Source: Calothrix sp. NIES-2100 (lineage in GTDB: Bacteria > Cyanobacteriota > Cyanobacteriia > Cyanobacteriales > Nostocaceae). From it: a DNA stretch of 64,000 bases. This document shows, piece by piece, positions 39,406 to 49,600 of this stretch. A program made the translations under genes and the position numbers. How positions within the stretch are numbered: the first letter of the stretch is position 1; the number at the start of each line of letters is the position of its first letter. The stretch spans positions 5,337,286 through 5,401,285 of the forward strand of contig AP018178.1 of the NCBI GenBank assembly GCA_002368195.1, given 5' to 3'. The notes beneath the pieces are model-generated. The model did no database searches and was not told the origin of the DNA. It saw nothing but the letters and a program-made list of their open reading frames with translations.

Positions 39406-39576
39406 AAAAAAGAACGAACGTTTATTCTTAGACTTATAATCTAGAGTAATTACCTTCTTAGGCAACTATTGGGTGATGTAGAGCATTAAATCAGATTTTT
39501 TTCCAAAAGTCGGGATTGAGTGCGATCGCCAAATAAACAGGTATAAGTTTTTATCTGATGGGATTGGAGAAAACCT

Positions 39577-39893
39577 ATGTCTACTCAATTGCCCAGTACC
39601 TCAACTCTCTATGACCAAGATTACTATCTCTGGATAGAAACAACCCTAAATTAATTATCCGTCGGCAAAGTTACTGAGGTGGATCTCAACAATCTCATCG
39701 AAGAATTAAAAGACATGGGTAACACAAGGATGCTTAAAAACTTATTTTACGGAGGTGTTTGATGAGTGTTACGCCGATGCGATCGATTTAGCTGTTGCTG
39801 AAACAGGTTTGCCTCGAACTACGTTCCCTGAAAAATGCCCTTTCGAGCAAACTGATGTTCTCAATCCCGAATTTTTACCTGATTAGTTAAAGA
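39577..39893 (+). pseudogene. DUF29-family gene remnant broken by frameshifts.
   Basis: Three frames give MSTQLPSTSTLYDQDYYLWIETTLN*, ...VDLNNLIEELKDMGNTRMLKNLFYGGV* and ...FDECYADAIDLAVAETGLPRTTFPEKCPFEQTDVLNPEFLPD*. Together these recapitulate a DUF29 protein (cf. typical ...LYEQDFYAW..., ...LENLIEEIESMG...). Confidence 0.6.
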
Positions 39894-39972
39894 TTGATAA
39901 TTTCTACTGCGCCAAAGTCGGACTATCTCTATTAAAGGGGAAATTAACCGAAGTTGTAGCAGACTACACAAG

Positions 39973-41097
39973 ATGCTCTTGATTACCATTTTATGTACGA
40001 ACGTTCATACTAAAAAAAGCAAAACGATGCAACAACCAAATCATCAAATAGCCGAACGTCTTTTGCGCCAACGTGGATATGACAATTCAGCAGAAATGAT
40101 TCGCAGTGTACAGGAATTTATAACTCGATATGGCCAGACACCTTTACAAACTATGGAGAGGCTAGTTCAAGAAAATCAACTGGTTTGTCTGGGTGAATTT
40201 CATAACTATGAAGGTCGATATATGCACTCAGAATTGATTGAAGTTGCAGCAGCACATGGAGCAAAAGTTCTTTTCGTTGAAGTATACGCAGATGAACAGA
40301 GAACAATCGATGATTTTTTGCAAACAGGAGACTTTTCACGAATAGCAGAATTTTCTGAAGCAAAAAACGCTAATCTTGCCTTTCAAAGACCTTATGTAAA
40401 GATGCTCGAAACCGCTCGTGTATCGGGGATGAAAATTGTTGCGGTTGACATTAATAGCGATGGTGCTACTAGAGATAAGCATATGGCAGAAGCGATTCTA
40501 AATCATTTTTCTGATTATCCTAGCGATCGCGGAATTTTTGTAGCGGGACAATTTCATTTAATGCCTCGACCGTTTTTTGTGAGTACCAAATCTGCATCTA
40601 CTTGGCTCAAAGAAACTCTCACAGGAGGTGTTGTGACTATTGGACGGGCATATATCAATATTAACGAGCAATCTGAGGAGCTTCTGAACATCTGGGCATT
40701 GATGGCAAATGCAAGTCAGCCTGTGATAGTGCCAACTCAAAATTCCCCGTTTTTCAAGCTTCCCAGCACCGTAAGAGACAATCCACTAATAGGAAGCGAC
40801 TTCGATTACCTGTTTCTCTATCCTCATCCAATGGGTGAGAAGGTAGAAGCAATAGAACAAAATAAAGTTTCGCAAGAACAACAAAGATTCTTAGCAGTCG
40901 CAACAGGTAGCTTGCAAATCTCACCCTTTGCAGCAACAGAGTTGCTATCTATAAAAAACCTCATGGCTCAAATAGATAAACTCGATCCCCTAGTAAAACA
41001 AGGAGATGAAGCTGCAAGAATAGAGTATGAGCGATTGGCCGCTGAAGTTTTAGAGCATTCCCGACGTTATCAACAAATGACTGGAGGCGAGCGATGA
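39973..41097 (+). CDS. Tiki/TraB/GumN/ChaN-superfamily protein, 374 aa. The start is possibly at 40027.
   Basis: LVCLGEFHNYEGRYMHSEL carries the GExH motif that defines this superfamily. KIVAVDINSD and the HxxE-like downstream residues are consistent. Confidence 0.45.
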   Translation: MLLITILCTNVHTKKSKTMQQPNHQIAERLLRQRGYDNSAEMIRSVQEFITRYGQTPLQTMERLVQENQLVCLGEFHNYEGRYMHSELIEVAAAHGAKVLFVEVYADEQRTIDDFLQTGDFSRIAEFSEAKNANLAFQRPYVKMLETARVSGMKIVAVDINSDGATRDKHMAEAILNHFSDYPSDRGIFVAGQFHLMPRPFFVSTKSASTWLKETLTGGVVTIGRAYININEQSEELLNIWALMANASQPVIVPTQNSPFFKLPSTVRDNPLIGSDFDYLFLYPHPMGEKVEAIEQNKVSQEQQRFLAVATGSLQISPFAATELLSIKNLMAQIDKLDPLVKQGDEAARIEYERLAAEVLEHSRRYQQMTGGER

Positions 41098-41549
41098 AAC
41101 AAGCATCAGATGGGTCTGTGTTTGCGATCGCCTTATTCTTTGGACTAGGTTTCATATATTTATCTTGCGGAGATCGTGCTGTTCTTAGATGCGATCGCGC
41201 TCAAGATAGCTGTCAATTGGTGGAGAAAAATTTTTGGCGATCGGTATCAAAGGATTTTCCGATTAGCGATTTGAAAACAGTCGAAGAGATAATACCCGGT
41301 GGTGACGCATTACCTTATGTCCATCTGTATACATCAAGAGGAGAAATTTATTTAGAGAGTTGGGCAAATTTCAGTATTAATGAAATTAAAACTTTTGCAA
41401 ACAACCCCGCACAAAGATTTTTGAATATTAAAACATATCCTTGGGGAGATTGGTGGACTGGAGGGATTTTAACCGGATTTAGCAGTTTAGTGTTTTTATC
41501 ATTTTTCATTTATGAGGTAAAAAGTCTAATTTATGGTTTAAACAAATAG
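41094..41549 (+). CDS. Hypothetical membrane protein, 151 aa (N- and C-terminal TM).
   Basis: ATGA overlap with the upstream gene suggests translational coupling. Confidence 0.45.
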   Translation: MKQASDGSVFAIALFFGLGFIYLSCGDRAVLRCDRAQDSCQLVEKNFWRSVSKDFPISDLKTVEEIIPGGDALPYVHLYTSRGEIYLESWANFSINEIKTFANNPAQRFLNIKTYPWGDWWTGGILTGFSSLVFLSFFIYEVKSLIYGLNK

Positions 41550-41647
41550 ATGCATGAATATTTTATTTATCTATATCACCCCAATGATTTAAAAAATCAA
41601 GAGAAATAACTAAATCCTGATGTGTAGGTACTTACTAGGGAGTATGT

Positions 41648-42208
41648 ATGCCTAAGACAGATGCTGGTAGTTGCCTTGGTTGTTTAGGAAATTTGGTAAT
41701 TTTGACTTTTTTTGGCTCAATGTTCTTTGGTGGGGGAGTTGTGATGAGAGTTGGTGGTTTAGGTTTTTCTTTGGGTAGAGACCCAATTGATTATCAAAAT
41801 ATTATTAACTACCACTGGGCGGATTTAGAGAATAATAAAAAAGTCACTGAGGAAGCAGTTAAAAAGCTTCATACACAACTAAATCAAGGGCAGTGTCAAG
41901 ATATTTTTGACCAAGCCAGTGAAATACTTAAGAAAAATCAAAGCAAGTCACAAGTAACGAGTTTTTGTCAAAATTTGACTCTAAATCTAGGAACTCAAAA
42001 ATCCTCTCAATTGACCGATTGGTGGGGACAGCCTACTGATAAAGACTCTGAGAAATATATCCTAACTCGTTACATAACAACCTTTTCTAAAGCAAGTGTT
42101 CGAGAGACATTTGTTTGGTTAGTGAAAGATAGTAAGCCAGAACTTGTAAATTATGAAATTTCTCCTATAACTATGCCAGTTCAGCAATTTGTACCAAGTA
42201 AAATATGA
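41648..42208 (+). CDS. Hypothetical protein with N-terminal TM anchor, 186 aa.
   Basis: ORF with G-rich TM start. GGAG-like RBS (actagggagtatgtATG). Confidence 0.4.
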   Translation: MPKTDAGSCLGCLGNLVILTFFGSMFFGGGVVMRVGGLGFSLGRDPIDYQNIINYHWADLENNKKVTEEAVKKLHTQLNQGQCQDIFDQASEILKKNQSKSQVTSFCQNLTLNLGTQKSSQLTDWWGQPTDKDSEKYILTRYITTFSKASVRETFVWLVKDSKPELVNYEISPITMPVQQFVPSKI

Positions 42209-42257
42209 TCCAACAAATCAGTATTAACTCTTCAAGGAATGTGGTTTTATTAAATAT

Positions 42258-42683
42258 ATGAACACTATTTACTTCATCTACTTATATAATGCCTTGCTCG
42301 GCTCGATAAGACCATCTGGTCTAGATCTGGAATTTGTCGCTAATCAACCAAAACCTAAATCACCAAGCGGTGCAGCAGGAGCTACTGCTGTTCCAGAAAT
42401 AGACGAAATTCAGTTAATTCGTCAACTGTTGGAATCATTATCTGAATCATACCGTGATTCCAATATAACTGAGCATGAAAAAAAGATAGCTGTATCTGAC
42501 GTAATTCATATCTTGAGTGAAAGCTTAATCAAAGAAAAAATAAATTTAAAGGCGCGATTGCTGAGATCTGCTTTTGGCTATAATTCCTTTTATCTAAAAA
42601 GATATTTAAGTTTTGAATCTAATCATTTTGTTAATATTACATTAGATGAATTTCGAGAAATGGTTAGTAAATCGACAGATTAA
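42258..42683 (+). CDS. Hypothetical protein, 141 aa.
   Basis: ORF only. AT-rich codon usage similar to its neighbours. Confidence 0.35.
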   Translation: MNTIYFIYLYNALLGSIRPSGLDLEFVANQPKPKSPSGAAGATAVPEIDEIQLIRQLLESLSESYRDSNITEHEKKIAVSDVIHILSESLIKEKINLKARLLRSAFGYNSFYLKRYLSFESNHFVNITLDEFREMVSKSTD

Positions 42684-42749
42684 AGTCTAGTAAATGAAGA
42701 ATATTTAAAAATTTTCCTTTTTTAGTTACAAAAAATAAAATTAAGAGTT

Positions 42750-44819
42750 ATGTCTGACTTTACTGCCCACGGCTATGAAATTATTGAACAGTTGGGACAA
42801 AATATCTATGGTGGCAGAATTACTTACAAAGCTGTTAAGATTAACGATCGCCAACTCGTTGCGATTAAACAATTCCAATTTCTCAAAAATAGCACCTGGG
42901 AAGATTATAAAATAATTCAACAAGAAATTGAGACGCTGCAAAGATTAGAAAACTCTGGAATTCCGCGCTATTTGACTCATTTTGATTCCGAGGATGGAAT
43001 TTGCCTAGTTCAAGAATACAAAGATGCTCAACCTTTATCTTTACAGCGGAGTTTTACCTCAGAGCAAATTAAAGATATCGCTAGAAAAATTTTAGAGATT
43101 TTGGTGTATTTGCAAAATCTCAATCCTCCTGTAATTCACCGCGATATTAAACCTGAAAATATCTTAATTGATGAAAAAAGTAATATTTATTTAGTCGATT
43201 TTGGCTTTTCTAAAATTGGAGAAGGTTCAGTTAATCTTAGTAGTTTTGCAGCTGGAACCTTTGGTTTTATGCCACCGGAACAGTTGCACAACTTACCATT
43301 AACTAAAGCTTCGGATCTCTATGGACTAGGTGCAACGCTAATTTGTTTGATCGTAGGGATAAAATCAATAGAAATCGGCAATTTGATTGACTTAAGCAGT
43401 AATAGCTTCCAGTTTGAGCATCGGATGTCAGAGTTTAGTGTAGAGTTTATTCGCTGGCTCAAACAGATGGTAAAACCCGATCCAAAACAGCGTTTTCCCA
43501 ATGCAGAAGAGGCTTTAAAGGCTCTAGTATCTATTTCTTCTCTAGTGCGATCGCCAGAAGTTAAACTCAGTCAATCTGTACTTGAATTTATAGCAAATAG
43601 ACTTGGAGAAAAACTAACGCAGATAATCACCATCGAAAATTCTATTCCAGAGACTATTTTAGAAGGACATTTACAAGTTGCTCCCCATCATCAAGATCCA
43701 CCCCACACCCCAGATAGTCATGATTGGATTACAATTACTCACCAACACTTCAAAAAAAATCAAGTTCAATGCAAAATTATTGTAAATACAAGTAAATTAA
43801 AAGCAGATAGTCTCTATCAACGCCGACTTCTTTTACAGACTAATGCTAGACAGAAACCTTATCAAATTGATTTAAAAGTATACACTGCTCCAGCACCAAT
43901 AAAGATTAAACCACTTCCTTATGGGACTTTTTTACTAACTCTGATTACTGCCTTTGTAACTCTAGTGGGATTGTGGAAACTTAATGGATCATTTGGCAAT
44001 TTATTGGCAGTGATAATTCCGGCTGTAGCTAAAGATATCTTGGGTCTTTTATTTCTACCTATTTGTGGTATTATAGGTGGATTTTTAATAGGAGGTGGAC
44101 TGGGATGGTTTTTGGGAATTGTTCTTAATTCTTTGCTGGGTGCTAGGCAATTTAAAGAATATTCTGAGATTGGAGGTGGATGGGGAATTTTCATTGGGGC
44201 TTTTCTGGGATTTTTTGCTGGTATATCTTGGGTTGTGTTTTTTAATTCCAGCAATCTTGAATTTTGGACATTATACATAAAATTATTGGTGTTTTCTACA
44301 GTTGTAATCGTTGGCGGTGTAACTACGATTGGGACTGCTATTACAACTGCTGAGAATTGCTGCAGGAATGATGTTACATATAGAGATTCAATTATTTTAT
44401 CGCGCTTAATACCCGCTTTGGGGATTAGTTTAGGCGTAGGTTTAATGCTGGGCTTCTCTAATTTTTGGGTAATATCAGCAATAACTGTTACTGGACTACC
44501 TGTTATTAAAGTAATTGTTCAGCATAGTTTTAAATCTCTCACACAAGGGAAATTGAATACAGCGCAGACTTCATCTGTTATTAATCAGCAAGCTTCACCG
44601 GAGAAAAATTCAAAATCGCAGAGTTCATCTGTGATTAATCAGCAAGCTAACTCTAGGGAATTGGATGCGCACAGAAACGAATTTTTACAACTTCTCTATG
44701 GCGATCGCGACGCTTGCGAACGGCTTATTCAACTTGAGCGTAAGCGAAATCCACATAAATCAGAAATAGAACTGTATCAGAATGCAATTTCTCGCCTGCT
44801 AAAAGATCGTCGATACTAA
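42750..44819 (+). CDS. Ser/Thr protein kinase with C-terminal polytopic membrane domain, 689 aa.
   Basis: Hanks motifs: VAIKQF (subdomain II lysine), HRDIKPENILID (VIb), DFGFS (VII), GTFGFMPPEQ (VIII). The C-terminal half has about 6 TM helices and a duplicated TSSVINQQA(S/N) segment. Confidence 0.85.
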   Translation: MSDFTAHGYEIIEQLGQNIYGGRITYKAVKINDRQLVAIKQFQFLKNSTWEDYKIIQQEIETLQRLENSGIPRYLTHFDSEDGICLVQEYKDAQPLSLQRSFTSEQIKDIARKILEILVYLQNLNPPVIHRDIKPENILIDEKSNIYLVDFGFSKIGEGSVNLSSFAAGTFGFMPPEQLHNLPLTKASDLYGLGATLICLIVGIKSIEIGNLIDLSSNSFQFEHRMSEFSVEFIRWLKQMVKPDPKQRFPNAEEALKALVSISSLVRSPEVKLSQSVLEFIANRLGEKLTQIITIENSIPETILEGHLQVAPHHQDPPHTPDSHDWITITHQHFKKNQVQCKIIVNTSKLKADSLYQRRLLLQTNARQKPYQIDLKVYTAPAPIKIKPLPYGTFLLTLITAFVTLVGLWKLNGSFGNLLAVIIPAVAKDILGLLFLPICGIIGGFLIGGGLGWFLGIVLNSLLGARQFKEYSEIGGGWGIFIGAFLGFFAGISWVVFFNSSNLEFWTLYIKLLVFSTVVIVGGVTTIGTAITTAENCCRNDVTYRDSIILSRLIPALGISLGVGLMLGFSNFWVISAITVTGLPVIKVIVQHSFKSLTQGKLNTAQTSSVINQQASPEKNSKSQSSSVINQQANSRELDAHRNEFLQLLYGDRDACERLIQLERKRNPHKSEIELYQNAISRLLKDRRY

Positions 44820-44982
44820 TCAACTAGAAGCTTGCTGCGTCCCGGATTTTCATAGCTTGGATGTGGGTGCGATCGCCGTTCGCGTAGCAGACGCACCAGA
44901 AGACGTTACCGAAAGCATCGCCCAAGCATGGGTGTTAAGGAAAATACTTGGCTAAACATTTATCAAGTGCTACCGTCTACAG

Positions 44983-47046
44983 GTGATATTGGATTTGAAG
45001 GGATTCTCCAAAATGAAGTGTAGACGAAAAGTAGCTGGTGGACAGAAGTCGCTCATCAGTTTCAGCTTAATATCTGCTTTGCTAGCACCTTATTCTGCTA
45101 TAATAGCCGCACCACCGAGAACCCCAGATCAAACTGTAAGTTGCGAGATTTTAGTGGTGGGTGGTGGACTCTCTGGTGCAGCCACAGCTTATGAAGGCTT
45201 GCTAGCTGGACGAACTGTTTGTTTAACGGAAATTACTGACTGGCTAGGGGGACAAATTTCTGCACAAGGAACCTCTGCGTTAGACGAACGACCTACCCAG
45301 CGGGCGCGTCAATTCTATTCTCGAGGTTATCTGGAATTACGCAACCGCATTGAGCGCAAGTATGGTAAGCTCAACCCTGGCAACTGTTGGGTAAGTGATT
45401 CGTGTTTTCTCCCCCATGATGCTCATAGCATTTTGGCTCAGATGCTCAAAGATGCCGAAAAAAGGGGGAAAGGTAAACTGCAATGGTTCGCCAACACGGT
45501 GATAAAGGATTTAGAAATTAGTGCTGATGGAAAAATAATTAATAGTGCGATCGCTATTCAACATCAACCAGCAAAAGGTGCATTACCTCTTAATACTTAT
45601 CCTTTATCTCAAACCATTGAAGATGCTTATACCTACGGTAACTCATCACGCTTTACCAAAAATATTATCCGTTTTGTACCTAAGCAAAATCCAAAAACCG
45701 CAGCAAATTGGTATGTTGTAGATGCCAGTGAAACTGGGGAAATCATTGCTTTGGCTGATGTTCCCTACCAATTAGGTATTGATGCTCGTTCCTACCTAGA
45801 ACCTTCTGCTTCTAGCCCCCAAAACGACCCCTATTGTCCGCAAGGTTTTACCTACACTTTTGCAATGGAGGCTACCAAAGACGCACAACCCCAGACAATG
45901 CCTCAATATTATCCCCAATACGCCCCATATTTCAGCTATGAATTACAACGGTTGGCAAACTTTGACTTAGTTTTTACCTACCGTCGCATTTGGAGTCCTA
46001 AAAAAGGACAACCCGCAAAATTCGGCGGTGTCAATTTTACTGCTTCTACGCCTGGGGATATCTCCATGCAAAACTGGACTTGGGGTAATGACTACCGTCC
46101 TGGAACTGCTGCGGATAATCTCATTTACACTCGCCAACAGTTGCAAAGTACTGGACAGTTGCAGCCTCATGGCTGGATGGGAGGACTCAGAACAGATACC
46201 CTGCGCAAAGCTGAAGAAAATGCTCTTTCCTATTACTATTGGCTAGTTGCTGGAACTACAGATTCTCAATTAGGGGATGGTGTGAAGCAGCCGCAACCAA
46301 ATCACCGCTTGTTATCAGGGTTAGATTCCCCAATGGGGACTGTGCATGGCTTATCGAAATATCCTTATATGCGGGAAGGACGGCGGATTATTGGTCGCCC
46401 CAGTTGGGGACAATCCTCTGGCTTTGGTATCTGGGAAATAGATATTTCTCGCCGTGACTATAATGATGAATATTACCGCAAAACTCTGCCCGCAGATATG
46501 TATAAGCAGTTAAGAGCAGCACTCGCAGGTTTAGAAGCAACATCGGTAATTACAGGGCAAGTTTCACCAGATAAAGCAATGCGGCGGACTCGCTCAACTA
46601 TCTTCCCTGACTCTGTAGGTATCGGTCACTACGCCATTGACTTCCATCCCTGCATGACACAAAGTCCTCCAGAAACACCTGGTAATACAGAACGTGCTGG
46701 TGAAAGGCGCGGCGCTGGCCAAGCTTATCCCTTCCAAATTGCGCTCAGAGCAATGATTCCCCAAAAAATTGACAATTTAATCGTCGGTGGTAAAAGTATT
46801 GCGACTAGTCATATTGCTGCGGCGGCTTATCGAGTACACTCCTTTGAATGGTCTGCGGGTGCGGCGGCGGGAACTGTTGCAGCTTTTGCATTGAAAAATG
46901 CGATCGCACCCTATCAATTAGTCGATGACTTACCCAAACCAGAACCGCAATTAGAAGCACTCAAACGTCTTTTAAAGGAAAATGGCAATCCTACTGCCTT
47001 TCCAGATACTTCGATTTTTAACCAAAATTGGGAGGATTGGCGCTAG
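44983..47046 (+). CDS. FAD-dependent oxidoreductase (FAD_oxidored-type) with signal peptide, 687 aa.
   Basis: ILVVGGGLSGAATAYEGLLAGRTVCLTE is a GxGxxG dinucleotide-binding fold. The hydrophobic N-terminus is LISALLAPYSAIIAA. Confidence 0.7.
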   Translation: MILDLKGFSKMKCRRKVAGGQKSLISFSLISALLAPYSAIIAAPPRTPDQTVSCEILVVGGGLSGAATAYEGLLAGRTVCLTEITDWLGGQISAQGTSALDERPTQRARQFYSRGYLELRNRIERKYGKLNPGNCWVSDSCFLPHDAHSILAQMLKDAEKRGKGKLQWFANTVIKDLEISADGKIINSAIAIQHQPAKGALPLNTYPLSQTIEDAYTYGNSSRFTKNIIRFVPKQNPKTAANWYVVDASETGEIIALADVPYQLGIDARSYLEPSASSPQNDPYCPQGFTYTFAMEATKDAQPQTMPQYYPQYAPYFSYELQRLANFDLVFTYRRIWSPKKGQPAKFGGVNFTASTPGDISMQNWTWGNDYRPGTAADNLIYTRQQLQSTGQLQPHGWMGGLRTDTLRKAEENALSYYYWLVAGTTDSQLGDGVKQPQPNHRLLSGLDSPMGTVHGLSKYPYMREGRRIIGRPSWGQSSGFGIWEIDISRRDYNDEYYRKTLPADMYKQLRAALAGLEATSVITGQVSPDKAMRRTRSTIFPDSVGIGHYAIDFHPCMTQSPPETPGNTERAGERRGAGQAYPFQIALRAMIPQKIDNLIVGGKSIATSHIAAAAYRVHSFEWSAGAAAGTVAAFALKNAIAPYQLVDDLPKPEPQLEALKRLLKENGNPTAFPDTSIFNQNWEDWR

Positions 47047-47059
47047 CTAATAAAATGAC

Positions 47060-47081
47060 AAAGTCCGCATAGGCGGACTTT
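47060..47081. terminator. Bidirectional hairpin between convergent genes (9-bp stem aaagtccgc / gcggacttt, loop atag).
   Basis: Seen directly, followed by an A-run on plus strand and flanked by T-rich minus-strand sequence. Confidence 0.5.
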
Positions 47082-47144
47082 GAAAAAAGGGAATATTGAA
47101 ATCGATAGAACAAAATTCACATATTAAATAATGTAGATTTATCA

Positions 47145-47414
47145 TTATTTATTTTGGTCATTATGCTGATTTGCTGGGGTGTCTACTTGCAAAGTATCCC
47201 CTTTTTGTTTAACTGAAAAGTCTGGTTCACTTTTGCTACTTTGAGCCAGTCCAGCAGCCCCCGCAATTGCCGTTCCTGCAAGGCCAAGACCAGCAGACCA
47301 TTTGGCATCAGTAATTTTTGGCGAAACTAAAACAGCAACACCAATTATAGCTCCGATACCAGCCATAAATAGGGGGGTTATAGCTCGAATTAATTCTGGG
47401 GTAAGAGATTTCAT
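47145..47414 (-). CDS. Small membrane protein, 89 aa.
   Basis: Two glycine-zipper-like TM segments (GIGAIIGVAVLV, GLGLAGTAIAGAAGLA). Confidence 0.45.
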   Translation of the reverse strand: MKSLTPELIRAITPLFMAGIGAIIGVAVLVSPKITDAKWSAGLGLAGTAIAGAAGLAQSSKSEPDFSVKQKGDTLQVDTPANQHNDQNK

Positions 47415-47658
47415 AGAAGTGCAATTATAGAATTAGCTTTTAACTAAATATATATACGCTCTAGAAGATACACATTCCAGAATGGTTTTACATGTTTAGC
47501 AAATGATAGTCATGGTAATGTAAAAACGAAGTACCCCACCGCACAAAGGGTGGGGTATTAGGTGAAATAGGTTAAAAGCAGATATCAGCAAGACATAGTA
47601 TTTCTGATTGAGAATAGGCAACTGTTCTGTTGCCTATTGCTCGCTTCCCATGTACTTA

Positions 47659-48093
47659 TTAGTTAGTGTATTTACTGATTACTTTTGCTAAATCTGGCAC
47701 AGCTTCCTCCACATGTTGCTTGGCTGAGCCGCGAAATTTTTCGTATGTTCCTTTAACGATTTGGCGCTTGGTGTTTTTGACCCGCTCATCGGTGACGCTC
47801 AGTAGTGCATCAGCAGTGCGATCGCGACTTGTAATCAGGTGTTCTACTGGATCGCCTTTCTCTTTACCTTCATTCCAAATCGGATCGATGGCTGTAAAGC
47901 ACTGGGGTAGAAGCTGCTCGACGACGTAAGGGATGTATCCTGGCTTCACTCCTTTCAATGCAGCGAAGGCTGTTTTCAAGGCTATACCGCTGATTCCTGA
48001 CTTGGATGCAACCTGTGCTTCGAGCATCGTGCAACAGTCATCCACCAACATGTCCTTTTTGTTTGAATTCAATAGTTCGTCGCTCAGTCCCAT
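47659..48093 (-). CDS. Hypothetical protein (about 144 aa from MGLSDELL).
   Basis: Start moved to the internal ATG at 48093. It has a perfect AAGGAGG Shine-Dalgarno 7 nt upstream. Confidence 0.5.
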   Translation of the reverse strand: MGLSDELLNSNKKDMLVDDCCTMLEAQVASKSGISGIALKTAFAALKGVKPGYIPYVVEQLLPQCFTAIDPIWNEGKEKGDPVEHLITSRDRTADALLSVTDERVKNTKRQIVKGTYEKFRGSAKQHVEEAVPDLAKVISKYTN

Positions 48094-48467
48094 TTCAATC
48101 CTCCTTATTGTCAAAGTACTTAATTTCCATTCAACCAATTTTGTCAACGAACAGGAAATTACAAAATAGCGCAGGAAGTCTGAAAGCTTACCAAGCGCAC
48201 CCAGAAATTTTAAACAATTTCTGGGTATGCTGTCGAAAATTCATATATATGAAGTAAATGTAAAGTATTTAATATTACACCTTATCCTTACAAAGGGAAG
48301 CATGAAAAGCAAGAAGGCAAGCGGTAAGTAACCGCACTGCCTTCTCTGGCGTTATTGAGTAAAAATTAACGGCTTGATCAATACTTCGCCAACTTTTGAA
48401 CAGCCCTACTCTTCTAAAGTGAAGGTATTTTGGCTCGCGATCGCAGGGAGTATTATGATTGAGCTAT

Positions 48468-48773
48468 TTACTTTTCAGGTTCTTGGTGATGACCTGTGCC
48501 TGTTTCAGTTTCCAGTAGTCTTGAAATAAATACGTCTGGTTTTCTACTGACCACAGACTTAACTTTATCAATGGCAATTACTTCACTGATTTTGACAATC
48601 ATTTCCCACAGAGTATCCTCCTCTGTCTCTTTGTTGTAAGTTCTGTGCTTAAACCACAACAAATCATCCCAAACTCCGATGACTGTGGCGAAATACCACT
48701 TATCTCTTATTAGTATCCAGATTTCTTGTTCTAGGTAGGTCTGAAGAATAGATTTCACAACGGCTGAGATCAT
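48468..48773 (-). CDS. Hypothetical protein, 101 aa.
   Basis: ORF only. Confidence 0.35.
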   Translation of the reverse strand: MISAVVKSILQTYLEQEIWILIRDKWYFATVIGVWDDLLWFKHRTYNKETEEDTLWEMIVKISEVIAIDKVKSVVSRKPDVFISRLLETETGTGHHQEPEK

Positions 48774-49125
48774 GAAAAGATATGCGCTACAGATTACACG
48801 GATGTTACAGATTATGGCTACAGTGTAATTACGTATTTAATAAGTACAAAATCGCCTATGCCTTTAGACATAAGCCTTGAGAGATATCCATTTAATTCCT
48901 TGCTTGGCAAAGTCTACATCTTTCCAGAATGTCGATTGCTTATACATGTAGTGTGTAGAAGAGAACTTCTAATTTTGAAATTAGGAACTGAGAATTGGAA
49001 AGGGAATGAGGGGGACAAGGGAGTGTGGGGAGTTTTCTTCACCATGCGCACAACCCATTGCCTTTCAAATTGGTATTACTTTAATAACAGAAATAACAGA
49101 TAAACTGACTTAAGGCGAGGTGTTT

Positions 49126-49497
49126 ATGGCAGAAGCGAAAAACGTACTAGGCACAAACCTGGAGATTTGTTGTACTTCTCCGATGACTGGTTATTACCGC
49201 GATGGCACTTGCAATACAGGAGGTCAGGATTTTGGAATGCACGTTGTTTGTGCCCAAGTGACAGCAGAATTTCTGGAATTTACTAAATTGCGAGGAAATG
49301 ACCTCAGCACAGCTGTCCCGGAATATAATTTTCCTGGATTGAAAGCGGGCGATTGCTGGTGTTTATGTGCGGCTCGTTGGCAAGAAGCGCTAGAAGCTGG
49401 TGTTGCTCCCCCAGTCGTCCTGACAGCAACCCATGCTAGAGCTTTGGAAGCCTGTAATTTAGAGGATTTGAAAAAACACGCATTACCGGGAAAATAA
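49126..49497 (+). CDS. DUF2237-family conserved hypothetical protein.
   Basis: MAEAKNVLGTNLEICCTSPMTGYYRDGTCNTG is recognisably DUF2237-like. GAGG lies 5 nt upstream of the second ATG. Confidence 0.6.
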   Translation: MAEAKNVLGTNLEICCTSPMTGYYRDGTCNTGGQDFGMHVVCAQVTAEFLEFTKLRGNDLSTAVPEYNFPGLKAGDCWCLCAARWQEALEAGVAPPVVLTATHARALEACNLEDLKKHALPGK

Positions 49498-49500
49498 GGA

Positions 49501-49600
49501 AGGGAGCAGAGGGGACAAGGGAGACAAGGGAGACAATTAACTGTTGACTGTTGACTGTTGAGTGTTGACTGTTGTCCAATGCCCAATGCCCATTAAATCC
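49501..49600. repeat. STRR-type heptamer arrays (GGGGACAAGGGAGACAA; CTGTTGA x5 = STRR3 CAACAGT family; CAATGCC units).
   Basis: Read directly. Confidence 0.85.
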
